Shown here: one piece after another, positions 1-8,805 of the stretch | How the letters are laid out: each line of letters begins with the position of its first letter | Numbering within the stretch: position 1 is the stretch's first letter | NCBI GenBank assembly: GCA_964617525.1 | Contig: CAZTWG010000008.1 | Location: 1 to 14,810, forward strand | DNA: 14,810 nucleotides | Source of the DNA: an uncultured Gammaproteobacteria bacterium | Lineage (GTDB): Bacteria > Patescibacteriota > Patescibacteriia > UBA2591 > UBA6264 | Reading direction: 5' to 3' | Notes under the pieces: model-generated | What the model was told of the DNA's origin: nothing | Databases searched by the model: none | The model's input: the letters and a program-made list of their open reading frames with translations, nothing else | Translations under genes and position numbers: made by a program

Positions 1-1813
1 CTGCTAAATCGCGAGATAATTTTGTTATTTCTTTGCTTATTTTTTCAGTTAAACTTTTATTTTTATTTTTTTCAGCTTCTTTTAATTCTACCAAAGCTTC
101 TCTCATCTTATTTTTTAAATACTTCTTTTTCAAAATAAAGAAAAAAGAAGAAATATCCTGAGCAACGTCTAACAAACTAGTTTCACTAAATTCCTTTTCT
201 ACCAAGAATAAGAGAAGCTCATAGTAATTGACCAACTCCATTTCTTTTATTTTGCTCTTTATCTTCTTGGCATCAATTTTCTTTTGGCGACGATAGTAAT
301 CTCTTACAAGTTTAGCAATATTTTGAGTTTGAACAGATGGAAATATATCCAAAGGCAAACTTTGTTTTTTTAAGAAATCTTCTCCTAATTTTGGATATTT
401 TAAAATAAGGCCTAATAATCTTTCTGCTGATTGTTGTTCTAATGAAATTTTTCCTACATTAACGTCTTTTTTCTTTGTATCAGTAGCATTATAGATTTTA
501 GGTATTTTAATCTTTTTTAATGCATCAAGTAAAAAAATTTCAGAAACTGAGAGCTCATCAGCCAATCTTCTTGTCCATAAACCCTGTTCAACAGAATCTC
601 CTAGTTTAGCTATGACTGGCAAAAAACTTTTAGTAATTTCTTTTTTAGCCTCAACAGTCAAAAACTCTTTATTTTTTCTGTATTTATTAAAAGCAGAGGA
701 AAAATAGTACTCCATTATTGGCATTGGAGTTTTTGAAACTATAGCCCATTCTTTATGATTTTTTTGAATAAATTCATCTGGGTCTTTGTAATCTTTCAAA
801 TCAATTATTTTAACATTCAATCCTTGATTCAATAGTATATCTACTCCCCTCTTAGTTGCTGTTTGCCCTGCGGAGTCGATATCAAAGGCCAAAAAAATGT
901 TAGGAGTATATCGTTTCAACAATTTAACCTGTTCTATCGTTAACGCAGTACCAGAGGTACAAACTGTATTTTTATTGTTAGCTTGATGGCAAGACAAAAC
1001 ATCCATATTGCCTTCTACCAGAATAAAATAATTTTGTAATTTGGCTTCTAATTTAGCTTTGTCTAGACCATAAAGAATTTGCCTTTTATTGTAAATCTCT
1101 GTTTCCGGCGTATTTATGTATTTAGCAGCCTTTTCTTCTTTCTCGTTTCTAGCCTTTTCCTTTGATGGTAACACTCTCGCGGTAAAACCAACTACCTGCC
1201 CATGGGTATTGCAAATCGGGAACATAAGACGATTACGAAAACGGTCATAATATCCAGAGCCTTGTTGTTTTTTAATAATCAAACCAGCTGATTCAATTTC
1301 TTGTTCTTTGTAGCCTCTTTTAAGTAAAAATTTTAAAAGGGTATCCCATTTATCAGGACTAAAGCCTAATTGAAATTCTGTAATAATTTCTTTTTTAATT
1401 CCTCTTTTTTGAAGATATTTTCTGGCAGATTCAGCTAAAGGAGAATCTAATAAAATTTTATGATAAAATTTAGCACTTAAACTAGAAATATCTAGCAATT
1501 TAGTACGCTGGCTAATATTATGACTGTCATAGCTTTTAATTTGAACTCCTGCCTTTTCTGCTAAAATTCTTAATGCTTCTGGGAAATCAACTCCTTCTAT
1601 CTCTTGAATGAAACCAAATATATCGCCTCCTTTCCCGCACCCAAAACAATGCCATATTTGTCGCTCGGGAGAAACTAAAAAAGATGGTGTTTTCTCATTA
1701 TGGAAAGGACATAATCCCTTAAAATTAACACCGCTAGCTTTCAATTGCACGTATTCTGAGATAAGCTCTACAATATCAAGCTTTGATTTTATTTCTTCCA
1801 CATCATTGGCCAT
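1..1813 (-). CDS. dnaG: DNA primase DnaG; start codon and about 604 codons are in the window, and the C-terminus lies beyond the left edge
   Basis: This ORF is missing from the ORF track because it has no stop inside the window. Reverse-complement translation from ATG (1813-1811) gives MANDVEEIKSKLDIVELISEYVQLKASGVNFKGLCPFHNEKTPSFLVSPERQIWHCFGCGKGGD, which is the CHC2 zinc-finger of bacterial primases. Further in (about 840-1020) it reads FILVEGNMDVLS and FLAFDIDSAGQTATKRG, the TOPRIM Glu and DxD motifs. I checked the last codons by hand and the frame is open down to position 2. Confidence 0.9.
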   Translation of the reverse strand, partial: MANDVEEIKSKLDIVELISEYVQLKASGVNFKGLCPFHNEKTPSFLVSPERQIWHCFGCGKGGDIFGFIQEIEGVDFPEALRILAEKAGVQIKSYDSHNISQRTKLLDISSLSAKFYHKILLDSPLAESARKYLQKRGIKKEIITEFQLGFSPDKWDTLLKFLLKRGYKEQEIESAGLIIKKQQGSGYYDRFRNRLMFPICNTHGQVVGFTARVLPSKEKARNEKEEKAAKYINTPETEIYNKRQILYGLDKAKLEAKLQNYFILVEGNMDVLSCHQANNKNTVCTSGTALTIEQVKLLKRYTPNIFLAFDIDSAGQTATKRGVDILLNQGLNVKIIDLKDYKDPDEFIQKNHKEWAIVSKTPMPIMEYYFSSAFNKYRKNKEFLTVEAKKEITKSFLPVIAKLGDSVEQGLWTRRLADELSVSEIFLLDALKKIKIPKIYNATDTKKKDVNVGKISLEQQSAERLLGLILKYPKLGEDFLKKQSLPLDIFPSVQTQNIAKLVRDYYRRQKKIDAKKIKSKIKEMELVNYYELLLFLVEKEFSETSLLDVAQDISSFFFILKKKYLKNKMREALVELKEAEKNKNKSLTEKISKEITKLSRDLA

Positions 1814-2180
1814 GAAAAAAGATGTATTAATTTTTTAATAATTTAATTACTAGATACATAATATGATAACATTTTTTTCATTAACCTCTTGCAAAAGTAC
1901 CTATTCTACTTCTTCAATTTCATTTGGTTCTGAAGAATCAATAACTTCTTTATTTTGCTTTTTAGATAAAAGTTTGGCTGGATATATCAAATTGATTTAA
2001 TGACGAAATTGTTTAAAGCAATAAAAATTTGATTTTCCTATATATAGATTTTGCAAAATCAACCTTAATTCTATAACTAGTTTCCTCGTAACATTTTCTT
2101 CCAATGCCTTCAGCGATAGATTCATCTACATTAACTTCTCTTCCAGGGGAAATCATTTATTTTATCATACTGAAGTTTAA

Positions 2181-2411
2181 CTAGAAGAATCTTGTTATCT
2201 TTTTTTGTAGCGTATCAATTGAGGGATTAGTGATATCGGCTGACTCAAGTTTCATCATCGTGTTACAAGAAGTATCCGCTAAATTAGAGAGCCGGTCTTG
2301 CGACAAGCCCTTTTGTTTTCTTAACCTTTTTATATTTTTCTTTATTTTGAGATCTCTGTTGACATAGATAGTATATATTAGAATAACGGTATGTATGCAT
2401 AGAGTAATCAC
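2181..2411 (-). CDS. small XRE/Cro-type helix-turn-helix transcriptional regulator
   Basis: The track protein contains IKRLRKQKGLSQDRLSNLADTSCNTMMKLESADITNPSIDTLQKK, matching the HTH_3 pattern (KGLSQ..LA....S...I...E.G...P....L). The start is uncertain. The track M is a GTG, and the first ~20 aa (ITLCIHTVILIYTIYV) are hydrophobic and low-complexity. There is no in-frame ATG nearer the HTH. Confidence 0.6.
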   Translation of the reverse strand: MITLCIHTVILIYTIYVNRDLKIKKNIKRLRKQKGLSQDRLSNLADTSCNTMMKLESADITNPSIDTLQKKITRFF

Positions 2412-2422
2412 TATCTATAATT

Positions 2423-2451
2423 ATGATACAATATTATTTCCATAATGTAAA
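2423..2451 (-). promoter_or_regulatory. candidate sigma70-type promoter for the XRE gene
   Basis: The minus strand reads TTTACA (2451-2446), a 17-nt spacer, then TATCAT (2428-2423). The predicted transcription start is only about 5 nt before GTG 2411, so the mRNA would be nearly leaderless. Confidence 0.35.
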
Positions 2452-2740
2452 GAAAAGTAGTTGGCTAAAAAATTTATTTTTTGTCGAAAAATTTTAAACA
2501 GTGAATATTATCATTACTTCAATTCGCTTGTGGATAACTAAAATTCTGTCATAGTCACCTAGGGATACCCTACTCTAAGTAATTTAGAAATAATAAATTT
2601 TGTGTTATAAATTTTGTTTAGATTGATCGATTAAATGCTTCTAAGCAAATTATATCTAAAAGATTAGTGGACAAGATAGTTTCTATAAAATTCCATTATA
2701 CAAATTATCTAATATCTTTTTAATAAACGAGGAAATTTTT

Positions 2741-2792
2741 AAAGAAAAATAAAAATCCCCCAACAAGCCAAGAAAAGCGGGCCTGTGAGGGG
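2741..2792 (-). terminator. intrinsic terminator downstream of hsp20
   Basis: An imperfect GC-rich hairpin pairs CCCCCAACAAGCC (2757-2769) with GGGCCTGTGAGGGG (2779-2792), giving about 11 pairs with bulges. It starts 14 nt after the hsp20 stop. On the minus strand it is followed by ATTTTTATTTTTCTTT (2756-2741). A T-run also follows it on the plus strand (2793-2797), so it could act in both directions. Confidence 0.55.
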
Positions 2793-2805
2793 TTTTTATT
2801 TTATT

Positions 2806-3231
2806 TTATTTTTCTTTTACCTTTATCTGGACTTTGCGCTTTGTCTCTGTTTTGGCTTTTGGCATTGTTATTTTAAGAACGCCTTTTTTGTAAACAGCAT
2901 CAATTTCATTTTCTTTCACTGCGACAGGCAAACGCACCATTCTTTCAAATGAACCTTTTCGGATTTCTTTTCGCCAATATCCTTTTTCTTTTTCTTCTTT
3001 TTCTTCATCAATCTTGCCGCTTACCCTTAAAATACCGTCTTCAACTGACACATCGATTTTTTCAGGATCAAAATCTGGAACATTGACTTTAGCAACGACA
3101 TTTTTATTGGTTTCATAAATATCCATTGCCGGTTTGCTAATATCAGTGCGAGGGAATACAGGCAAAAGCCAATCATCATTATTAAAAAAGTTGTCCAGAT
3201 CAGAGAAGGGTTTCCAAGGAACTAATGACAT
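2806..3231 (-). CDS. hsp20: Hsp20/alpha-crystallin family small heat-shock protein
   Basis: The 141-aa protein has the typical alpha-crystallin domain layout: PAMDIYETNKNVVAKVNVPDFDPEKIDVSVEDGILRVSGK...RKEIRKGSFERMVRLPVAVKENEIDAVYKKGVLKITMPK. It ends in a Lys-rich tail. Confidence 0.9.
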   Translation of the reverse strand: MSLVPWKPFSDLDNFFNNDDWLLPVFPRTDISKPAMDIYETNKNVVAKVNVPDFDPEKIDVSVEDGILRVSGKIDEEKEEKEKGYWRKEIRKGSFERMVRLPVAVKENEIDAVYKKGVLKITMPKAKTETKRKVQIKVKEK

Positions 3232-3277
3232 AATTTTATTGTTAGTTTAATTGTTAAAAATCGACCTTTGTGTTTAC

Positions 3278-3305
3278 ACTTTAACAAAACTTCATTTTTT
3301 GTAAA
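3278..3305 (-). promoter_or_regulatory. candidate promoter of hsp20
   Basis: The minus strand reads TTTACA (3305-3300), a 16-nt spacer, then TAAAGT (3283-3278), about 45 nt upstream of the ATG at 3231. Confidence 0.4.
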
Positions 3306-3312
3306 GAAGTTT
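3287..3312. promoter_or_regulatory. 7-12-7 inverted repeat bracketing the hsp20 -35 box (candidate operator)
   Basis: AAACTTC (3287-3293) and GAAGTTT (3306-3312) are exact reverse complements separated by 12 nt. The repeat encloses the proposed -35 hexamer. Confidence 0.3.
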
Positions 3313-3383
3313 AACTATCTGCCTCTTTGCCACATTGCTTTACTATAAGTTTATCGTATATTCCCATTTTCCACAACAATGAC

Positions 3384-3411
3384 TTGACAAATTTTTGCCT
3401 TCATGTATATT
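3384..3411 (+). promoter_or_regulatory. sigma70-type promoter of the marR-efflux cluster
   Basis: TTGACA (3384-3389), a 16-nt spacer, then TATATT (3406-3411), with TG immediately upstream of the -10. It sits 33 nt before the marR ATG at 3444. Confidence 0.55.
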
Positions 3412-3423
3412 TAGATTATCTAA
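3411..3423. promoter_or_regulatory. perfect 6-1-6 palindrome TTAGATtATCTAA, candidate MarR operator
   Basis: TTAGAT t ATCTAA is an exact inverted repeat. It abuts the -10 hexamer (sharing only base 3411) and overlaps the predicted transcription start of the gene encoding a MarR-family repressor. Confidence 0.45.
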
Positions 3424-3443
3424 TAATTTGATACATTAAATAT

Positions 3444-3881
3444 ATGGAAGACAAGACGACAATCAAAAAAATCATTTCGCTTTTTTTTGAGACGAGTCGT
3501 TTAATTTATAAACAATTAGAAGAAAAAAACTGTCTTGATTTCTTCTCTTTTTTACAAGTTGAGACTCTTGGATATATAAAAGATAACAAAAAACCGCTAA
3601 TGAGTGAAATTGCTAAGTTTTTATCGATAACTCCGTCTTCGGTAACTCCCCTTGTTAGCAGGTTGGTAAAACTTGGAATGCTAGAACGGTGTCTTGACAA
3701 GAATGACAGAAGAACTGTTCGTCTATCTATTACCCCCAAAGGTCAAAAAATGTACAAAAAGGAGATTGAAAAGGCTTCTATCCAAATGAAAAAAACTCTA
3801 ATAAGGCTTAATTGCAAAGAACAAAAAAATCTCATAGAAATTTTACAAAAAATTCAGAAGATTCACAATAATAATAAATAA
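3444..3881 (+). CDS. MarR family transcriptional regulator
   Basis: The 145-aa protein has the winged-HTH core LQVETLGYIKDNKKPLMSEIAKFLSITPSSVTPLVSRLVKLGMLERCLDKNDRRTVRLSITPKGQKMY. This carries the MarR signature (L..L....v.R..d..DrR...l.lT.kG). Confidence 0.85.
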   Translation: MEDKTTIKKIISLFFETSRLIYKQLEEKNCLDFFSFLQVETLGYIKDNKKPLMSEIAKFLSITPSSVTPLVSRLVKLGMLERCLDKNDRRTVRLSITPKGQKMYKKEIEKASIQMKKTLIRLNCKEQKNLIEILQKIQKIHNNNK

Positions 3882-3887
3882 AAAATT

Positions 3888-5624
3888 ATGAAGAATTTAA
3901 CTAAAAACAAAATATACAGAAGAATACTATTTGGCATCATTATAGTCACTGGACTGATAATTATATCTAGTGCATTTTCTAAAACAAGAGACAGCAATTT
4001 CTCGCAAGCTAATATATTAAATGGTTCCTCCACTGGCACAACAAATGTCTCTAACAAAGAAGCAGTTGTTGTCCAAACTAAAAAAATATCTTTAGAGAAT
4101 ATTACTCAGAGCATTTCCACCTCTGCCGTGACCAAACCTTCAGACAAAGCAAAAGTCAGTCCTAAAATGACGGGCAAGGTTGTAGGCATTTACTTTAAGG
4201 AGGGAGATTGGGTTAGCGCCGGGCAAACTATCATTCAATTAGAGCAGGATCAAACCTTGCGAGTGGCCTATAACAACGCTCAGACTAATTTAATTAATAC
4301 CAGGGCCTCAATGGACCAAGATATAAAGGCAGCTGAAGTCGCGGTAGAAGCGGCAAAAGTAGCTTTGGCTAATGTAGAAAAATCTTTAAATAATAATAGT
4401 GCGACTAACGAACAAGCAATAGACGATGCTTATACGAACGCCCTAAACACATCCCGAAGCGCGGTTTTAACGGGAACTAATGCTATAATCAGTGTAACCA
4501 ATCTTCAACATAAATATTTTAGAACAAGTGGAAACCAAGAAGCTCTTCGCATAGCCGAAAAAAAATCACAAGCGATTGAATTACTTCTAGGAGAACCAAA
4601 CGCCGGTCAGTGGATTTCACAATTTATTATTCCCTTGAATGGAGGGGTTAAAGGCCAGATTGAAAATGCTACAATCAATTTTTCTCAAGAAAAAGTTGAC
4701 CAAATACTTGTTGATATAGTGCCAGCATTGCAGGCCGTAAGGGATTTATTGACCGAAGTTAGAGCTGATTTAGATTGGAAACACGCGGTTTTATCTTCAG
4801 AAAAAGCCGAAGTTGATGCGGCTCGGGTTAATATTGAATCTTACATTACTGCCCTGTCTGGCTCTAAGCAAGCTATCACTAATACCAAATTAGGAAAAAC
4901 CACAGGAAATGATGCGGTCCAATCAGCTTACGACAATGCAGAAAAACAACTTGAGTCGGCTGAAGCGAATTTGGTCGGCGCTAAGAAGCGGGCTAAACTG
5001 CAAATTGCCGCCGCTCAAGGACAAATAGATTCCGTGCAAGCGCAATTAGGCAATACCACAATTACATCACCTATCTCTGGCGTAATCAACAAAAAATACA
5101 TAGAGGTGGGAGAAATGGCTATAGCCGGAAATCCAGTGGCGGAAATCGTGAATACTAGAGATATAGAAATTGAACTATCTTTAACTGAATTCGACATTGG
5201 TAAAATCTTTATTGGACAAAAAGCCGAGATTAGCTTGGCAGCCTATCCTGATGAAAAGTTTATCGGAAAAGTTTGTTATGTTAGCTCCGTGGCTGATCCA
5301 GTAAACAAAAAGTTCCCGGTTAAAATTCAATTAGAAAATACTGACGGAAGAATTAAAGCCGGCATGGTGGCTAATATAAAAATCATCACTAATCAACAAA
5401 AAGACGTTTTGGTAATTCCTAAGTCAGCAGTATTTGAGGAAGAAAACACTGAAAAAGTTTATGTTGTAGAAAATTCAAAAGTTAAGATAAAAATTATCAA
5501 AACTGAAGTCATTGATGAAGATAAATTAAAGGTTGTAGGGGGGCTGTCCGCCGGAGAGAAAGTTATTGTTAATGGAAACTATAATCTTGAAGACGGCGAT
5601 TTAGTAACAATAAAAAATCAATAA
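3888..5624 (+). CDS. efflux RND periplasmic adaptor / membrane-fusion protein (HlyD-type) with an unusually long coiled-coil insert
   Basis: There is an N-terminal TM helix (ILFGIIIVTGLIIISSAF). The lipoyl half-motifs are KMTGKVVGIYFKEGDWVSAGQTIIQLE and ITSPISGVINKKYIEVGEMAIAGNPVAEIV. Beta-barrel and membrane-proximal segments follow (AEISLAAYPDEKFIGKVCYVSSVADPVNKKFPVKIQLEN...IKAGMVANIKI...VLVIPKSAV). The gene lies 4 nt upstream of an RND pump gene. Confidence 0.85.
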   Translation: MKNLTKNKIYRRILFGIIIVTGLIIISSAFSKTRDSNFSQANILNGSSTGTTNVSNKEAVVVQTKKISLENITQSISTSAVTKPSDKAKVSPKMTGKVVGIYFKEGDWVSAGQTIIQLEQDQTLRVAYNNAQTNLINTRASMDQDIKAAEVAVEAAKVALANVEKSLNNNSATNEQAIDDAYTNALNTSRSAVLTGTNAIISVTNLQHKYFRTSGNQEALRIAEKKSQAIELLLGEPNAGQWISQFIIPLNGGVKGQIENATINFSQEKVDQILVDIVPALQAVRDLLTEVRADLDWKHAVLSSEKAEVDAARVNIESYITALSGSKQAITNTKLGKTTGNDAVQSAYDNAEKQLESAEANLVGAKKRAKLQIAAAQGQIDSVQAQLGNTTITSPISGVINKKYIEVGEMAIAGNPVAEIVNTRDIEIELSLTEFDIGKIFIGQKAEISLAAYPDEKFIGKVCYVSSVADPVNKKFPVKIQLENTDGRIKAGMVANIKIITNQQKDVLVIPKSAVFEEENTEKVYVVENSKVKIKIIKTEVIDEDKLKVVGGLSAGEKVIVNGNYNLEDGDLVTIKNQ

Positions 5625-5628
5625 TCCT

Positions 5629-8600
5629 ATGAGTTTACCTAAATTTTCAGTTCACAAGCCAGTAACGATATCAATGATTATTTTGATCATTGTAATTTTT
5701 GGTTTCATGTCACTTCCGCGTCTAGGGTTGGACATGCTGCCAGACATTGAGTTCCCCATTGTTTCAGTAATTACTTCTTATCCTGGAGTGACCTCTGAAG
5801 ACATTGAAGACATACTTACTAAGCCAATCGAGGATACGGTTGCTACCGTTAAAGATGTTAAATCAATTAAATCTTCTTCACAGGAAGGATTATCGGCAGT
5901 AACAATTGAATTTAACAGTGGAACTAACGTGGACTTTGCCGCTCAAGACATAAGAGACAAAATCGGTCTAATAGAAGATTATCTTCCGGCAGACGCTAAT
6001 AAGCCATTGATAATTAAAATGGATGTTGGCGCAATGCCAGTAATGGGATATGGTGTCACTTCGGATAGTTTAAGCCCATTAATGCTTAAAAAGTTGTTAG
6101 AAGACAATATTAAAGATAAAATTGAAAGGTTGGATGGAGTGGCGTCAGTTGAATTGCTGGGCGGGCAAAAAAGAGAAATTTTGATTAAATTGAATAAACC
6201 CCAGTTAGATGCTTACGGATTAACTCAAATGCAAATTATTCAAACCTTACGAAGTGAAAATGTTAATTTATCCGGCGGATTTATAGAAGAAGGAAGGCAG
6301 GAATTTCCTTTGCGAACAATCGGAGAATATGAAGATTTAGAAGGGATAAGGAATACGGTTATTAGCAGTAAAAATAACGTTCCAGTTTACCTGAAAGATG
6401 TAGCTGAGGTCATTGATTCCCACAAAGAATTGAGAAGTTATTCCCGAACAAATAAAAAAGATAGCGTTTTAATGTTAGTAAATAAACAGTCTGGGGCTAA
6501 TACCTCGCAAACTGCAGATGCCATTAAAAAAGAGCTACCGAGACTGCAAGAACATTTACCCTCTGATATAAATTTTATTCTTGTGATGGATCAAAGCAAA
6601 ATAATTAAAAGCTCAACTGACTCTACTACACAAAGTGCGGTTATAGGCGGTTTATTAGCTATCCTTTTAATATTTCTATTTTTAAGAAATTGGCGTCCAA
6701 CCTTAGCCATTGGCCTAGCTATTCCCCTATCATTAATTGCCACTTTTATCCCCCTTTATATTGCTGGCTATACCTTAAACCTAATGACTTTGGGCGGATT
6801 AGCCTTGGGGGTTGGAATGTTAGTTGATAACGCTGTTGTGGTTATTGAAAACATTTATCGTCATTTGGAAAAAACTGGTGATAGAAAAAAATCAGCTGTA
6901 GTCGGAGCTAACGAGGTAGGTACCGCAATTACAGCTGCCACACTAACTACCATTGCCATGTTTGTGCCAATGTCTCTGGGGACAGGTATTACGGGACAAT
7001 TAGCGAGAGGTTTATCTCTGACTATTATTTTTGCCATGGCATGTTCTTTATTTATTGCACTAACTTTAGTGCCAATGCTCGCATCTAAAATTTTTAAACA
7101 TCGAGAAAAAGCCGAAGATTACCGAGCGACATCAGGGAAAAAGGGTTTTGCCAAAATCAAAAATGCTTACGAAAAACTTTTACGTTGGGCGTTAAATCAT
7201 CGCTTAAAAACAATGTCAATTACACTTGGGTTACTATTAATAACTGTTGCGTTAATTCCTTCTATTGGCACAGAATTTATGCCGGCCAGCGATGAAAGCA
7301 TGATTGTTATGCAAATTAAAATGCCCATCGGTTCATCGCTTGAAGAAACCAATAATGCAACAAAACAAGTGGAGGACATTGTTTTAAACAAAACTAGTAA
7401 TAGTGTAACGAGCGCTACGAGTTTTATCGGCCAAAGTGAAACAGCGAACAAAGGAGGTTCAATGAATTTCGGCGGAGGGATCAACGAAGCCATGATACTT
7501 ATTCGCCTTAAAGATAAGGGAGAAAGAGCACTATCTAGTTCTCACATTGAAGAAATAATTAGAAAAAATATTCCACCAATTAGAGGATTGGAGGTTACTC
7601 CAATGGATACGACGGGCACATTAATGAGTGGAGCAAGCGCACCAATTGAGATTAAGGTTTTTGGGAAAGATTTAGCGACGTTAAAAAATATTACCGATGA
7701 TATTGCCCGAAAAATTTCAGACATTGATGGGGTGCGCGATGTAGACACTACCTTGAGTAAGGGAAAACCAGAACTCATTATTAAAATTGACCGAGAGAGA
7801 GCTTCATATTTTGGTTTAACTGTTGGCCAAATTGGTTCTGTTGTCAAAAATTCTATGCAGGGAGTCATTGCGACTCAATTAAGACAAGGAGGCGAAGAAA
7901 CAGATATTAGAGTTCGCTATGATGAAGTTTACCGTAACAATATTGAAAAAATAGAAAAATTAAGCATCACTACTCCATCGGGACAGCAGGTTCCTTTAAA
8001 ACAAATTGCAACAATTTCCAAGGGTGAAGGTCCCGTCAAAATCAATAGAGAAGACCAGTTAAGAGTCGTTGCGGTTACAGCTAATGTTATTGATAGAGAT
8101 ATCGGTAGTGTGGTTAAAGATATAAAAAATAGACTGGCCAACGAAAAACTGCCTGATGGTTATTTTATAGAATACGGTGGCTCTTATAAACAAATGCAGG
8201 ATACCTTCAAAGTATTGGCAGGAGCTTTAGTTTTAGGAATTCTGTTAGTTTATATGGTGATTGCGTCACAATTTGAGTCATTGATATATCCTTTCATTAT
8301 AATGTTTGAAATCCCACTAGCTTTTATTGGGGTAGGACTAGCATTGTTTATTACCAGACAAACATTATCCTTGCCTTCATTTATGGGGATAATAATGCTA
8401 GCTGGCATTGTGGTGAATAACGCCATTGTTTTAATTGATTATGTTAATCAATTGCGCAAAAAAGGGATGGATATGTACAGTGCTTTAGTTAAGGGTGCTA
8501 CCACACGCCTTCGCCCAATTCTAATCACCTCCTTAACTACAATGTTTGGAATGTTGCCTATGGCATTAGCAAGACGAGAGGGGTCAGAGATGATGAAACC

Positions 8601-8736
8601 AATGGCAATTGCTGTGATTGGTGGTTTACTGGTGGCTACCCTGTTGACGCTTGTCGTAATCCCTGTTATTTACAGCATTGTAGAAAATACTAAAATTAAA
8701 ATAAAATCAAGAACTGGTCATATTCGCAAGTCTTAA
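5629..8736 (+). CDS. RND superfamily efflux permease (AcrB/AcrD/AcrF family)
   Basis: The 1035-aa length and architecture match. An N-terminal TM is followed by a large loop (LPDIEFPIVSVITSYPGVTSEDIE). The conserved TM4 region reads LGGLALGVGMLVDNAVVVIENIYRH. The second half repeats this with IIMLAGIVVNNAIVLIDYVNQLRKKG and RLRPILITSLTTMFGMLPMAL. Confidence 0.92.
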   Translation: MSLPKFSVHKPVTISMIILIIVIFGFMSLPRLGLDMLPDIEFPIVSVITSYPGVTSEDIEDILTKPIEDTVATVKDVKSIKSSSQEGLSAVTIEFNSGTNVDFAAQDIRDKIGLIEDYLPADANKPLIIKMDVGAMPVMGYGVTSDSLSPLMLKKLLEDNIKDKIERLDGVASVELLGGQKREILIKLNKPQLDAYGLTQMQIIQTLRSENVNLSGGFIEEGRQEFPLRTIGEYEDLEGIRNTVISSKNNVPVYLKDVAEVIDSHKELRSYSRTNKKDSVLMLVNKQSGANTSQTADAIKKELPRLQEHLPSDINFILVMDQSKIIKSSTDSTTQSAVIGGLLAILLIFLFLRNWRPTLAIGLAIPLSLIATFIPLYIAGYTLNLMTLGGLALGVGMLVDNAVVVIENIYRHLEKTGDRKKSAVVGANEVGTAITAATLTTIAMFVPMSLGTGITGQLARGLSLTIIFAMACSLFIALTLVPMLASKIFKHREKAEDYRATSGKKGFAKIKNAYEKLLRWALNHRLKTMSITLGLLLITVALIPSIGTEFMPASDESMIVMQIKMPIGSSLEETNNATKQVEDIVLNKTSNSVTSATSFIGQSETANKGGSMNFGGGINEAMILIRLKDKGERALSSSHIEEIIRKNIPPIRGLEVTPMDTTGTLMSGASAPIEIKVFGKDLATLKNITDDIARKISDIDGVRDVDTTLSKGKPELIIKIDRERASYFGLTVGQIGSVVKNSMQGVIATQLRQGGEETDIRVRYDEVYRNNIEKIEKLSITTPSGQQVPLKQIATISKGEGPVKINREDQLRVVAVTANVIDRDIGSVVKDIKNRLANEKLPDGYFIEYGGSYKQMQDTFKVLAGALVLGILLVYMVIASQFESLIYPFIIMFEIPLAFIGVGLALFITRQTLSLPSFMGIIMLAGIVVNNAIVLIDYVNQLRKKGMDMYSALVKGATTRLRPILITSLTTMFGMLPMALARREGSEMMKPMAIAVIGGLLVATLLTLVVIPVIYSIVENTKIKIKSRTGHIRKS

Positions 8737-8805
8737 TATTAAATAATAAGACTGATAAAATAAAAGGTCGATTAAAAAAATTAATTAAAATTAAAATAAA
8801 AAGTT

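Noticed and set aside
1608-1838. A 76-aa plus-strand ORF from the track
   Set aside because: It lies entirely antisense to the well-supported N-terminal zinc-finger region of dnaG, and its translation is low-complexity with no recognisable motif.
1838-2180. Short minus-strand reading frames downstream of the XRE gene that might be a toxin partner or a decayed gene. One is a 47-aa ORF at 2013-2156 (MISPGREVNVDESIAEGIGRKCYEETSYRIKVDFAKSIYRKIKFLLL). Another is a fragment ending ...KQNKEVIDSSEPNEIEEVE.
   Set aside because: They are too short and I could not align them to RelE/HigB/ImmA-type families with any confidence. The fragments are in different frames. They could be remnants, but nothing supports a call.
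2359-2390. A plus-strand TTGACA with TA-rich sequence downstream that looks like a promoter
   Set aside because: No acceptable -10 lies at 16-18 nt spacing, it sits inside the XRE coding region, and no plus-strand gene follows for 1 kb.
2529-2537. A perfect DnaA box (TGTGGATAA, the reverse complement of TTATCCACA) inside a 390-bp gene-free AT-rich region, plus TTTTCCACA at 3367-3375
   Set aside because: There is only one perfect box. The other candidates in 2412-2805 have at least 2 mismatches (AGTGGACAA, TTATACAAA), which is expected in AT-rich DNA. There is no dnaA or dnaN nearby. An origin cannot be claimed without GC-skew data.
3506-8141. Minus-strand track ORFs 3506..3739, 3863..4057, 5015..5197, 7197..7493, 7542..7868 and 7929..8141
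   Set aside because: All are antisense shadows inside the confidently identified marR, adaptor and RND genes. Their translations are low-complexity and hydrophobic with no motifs.
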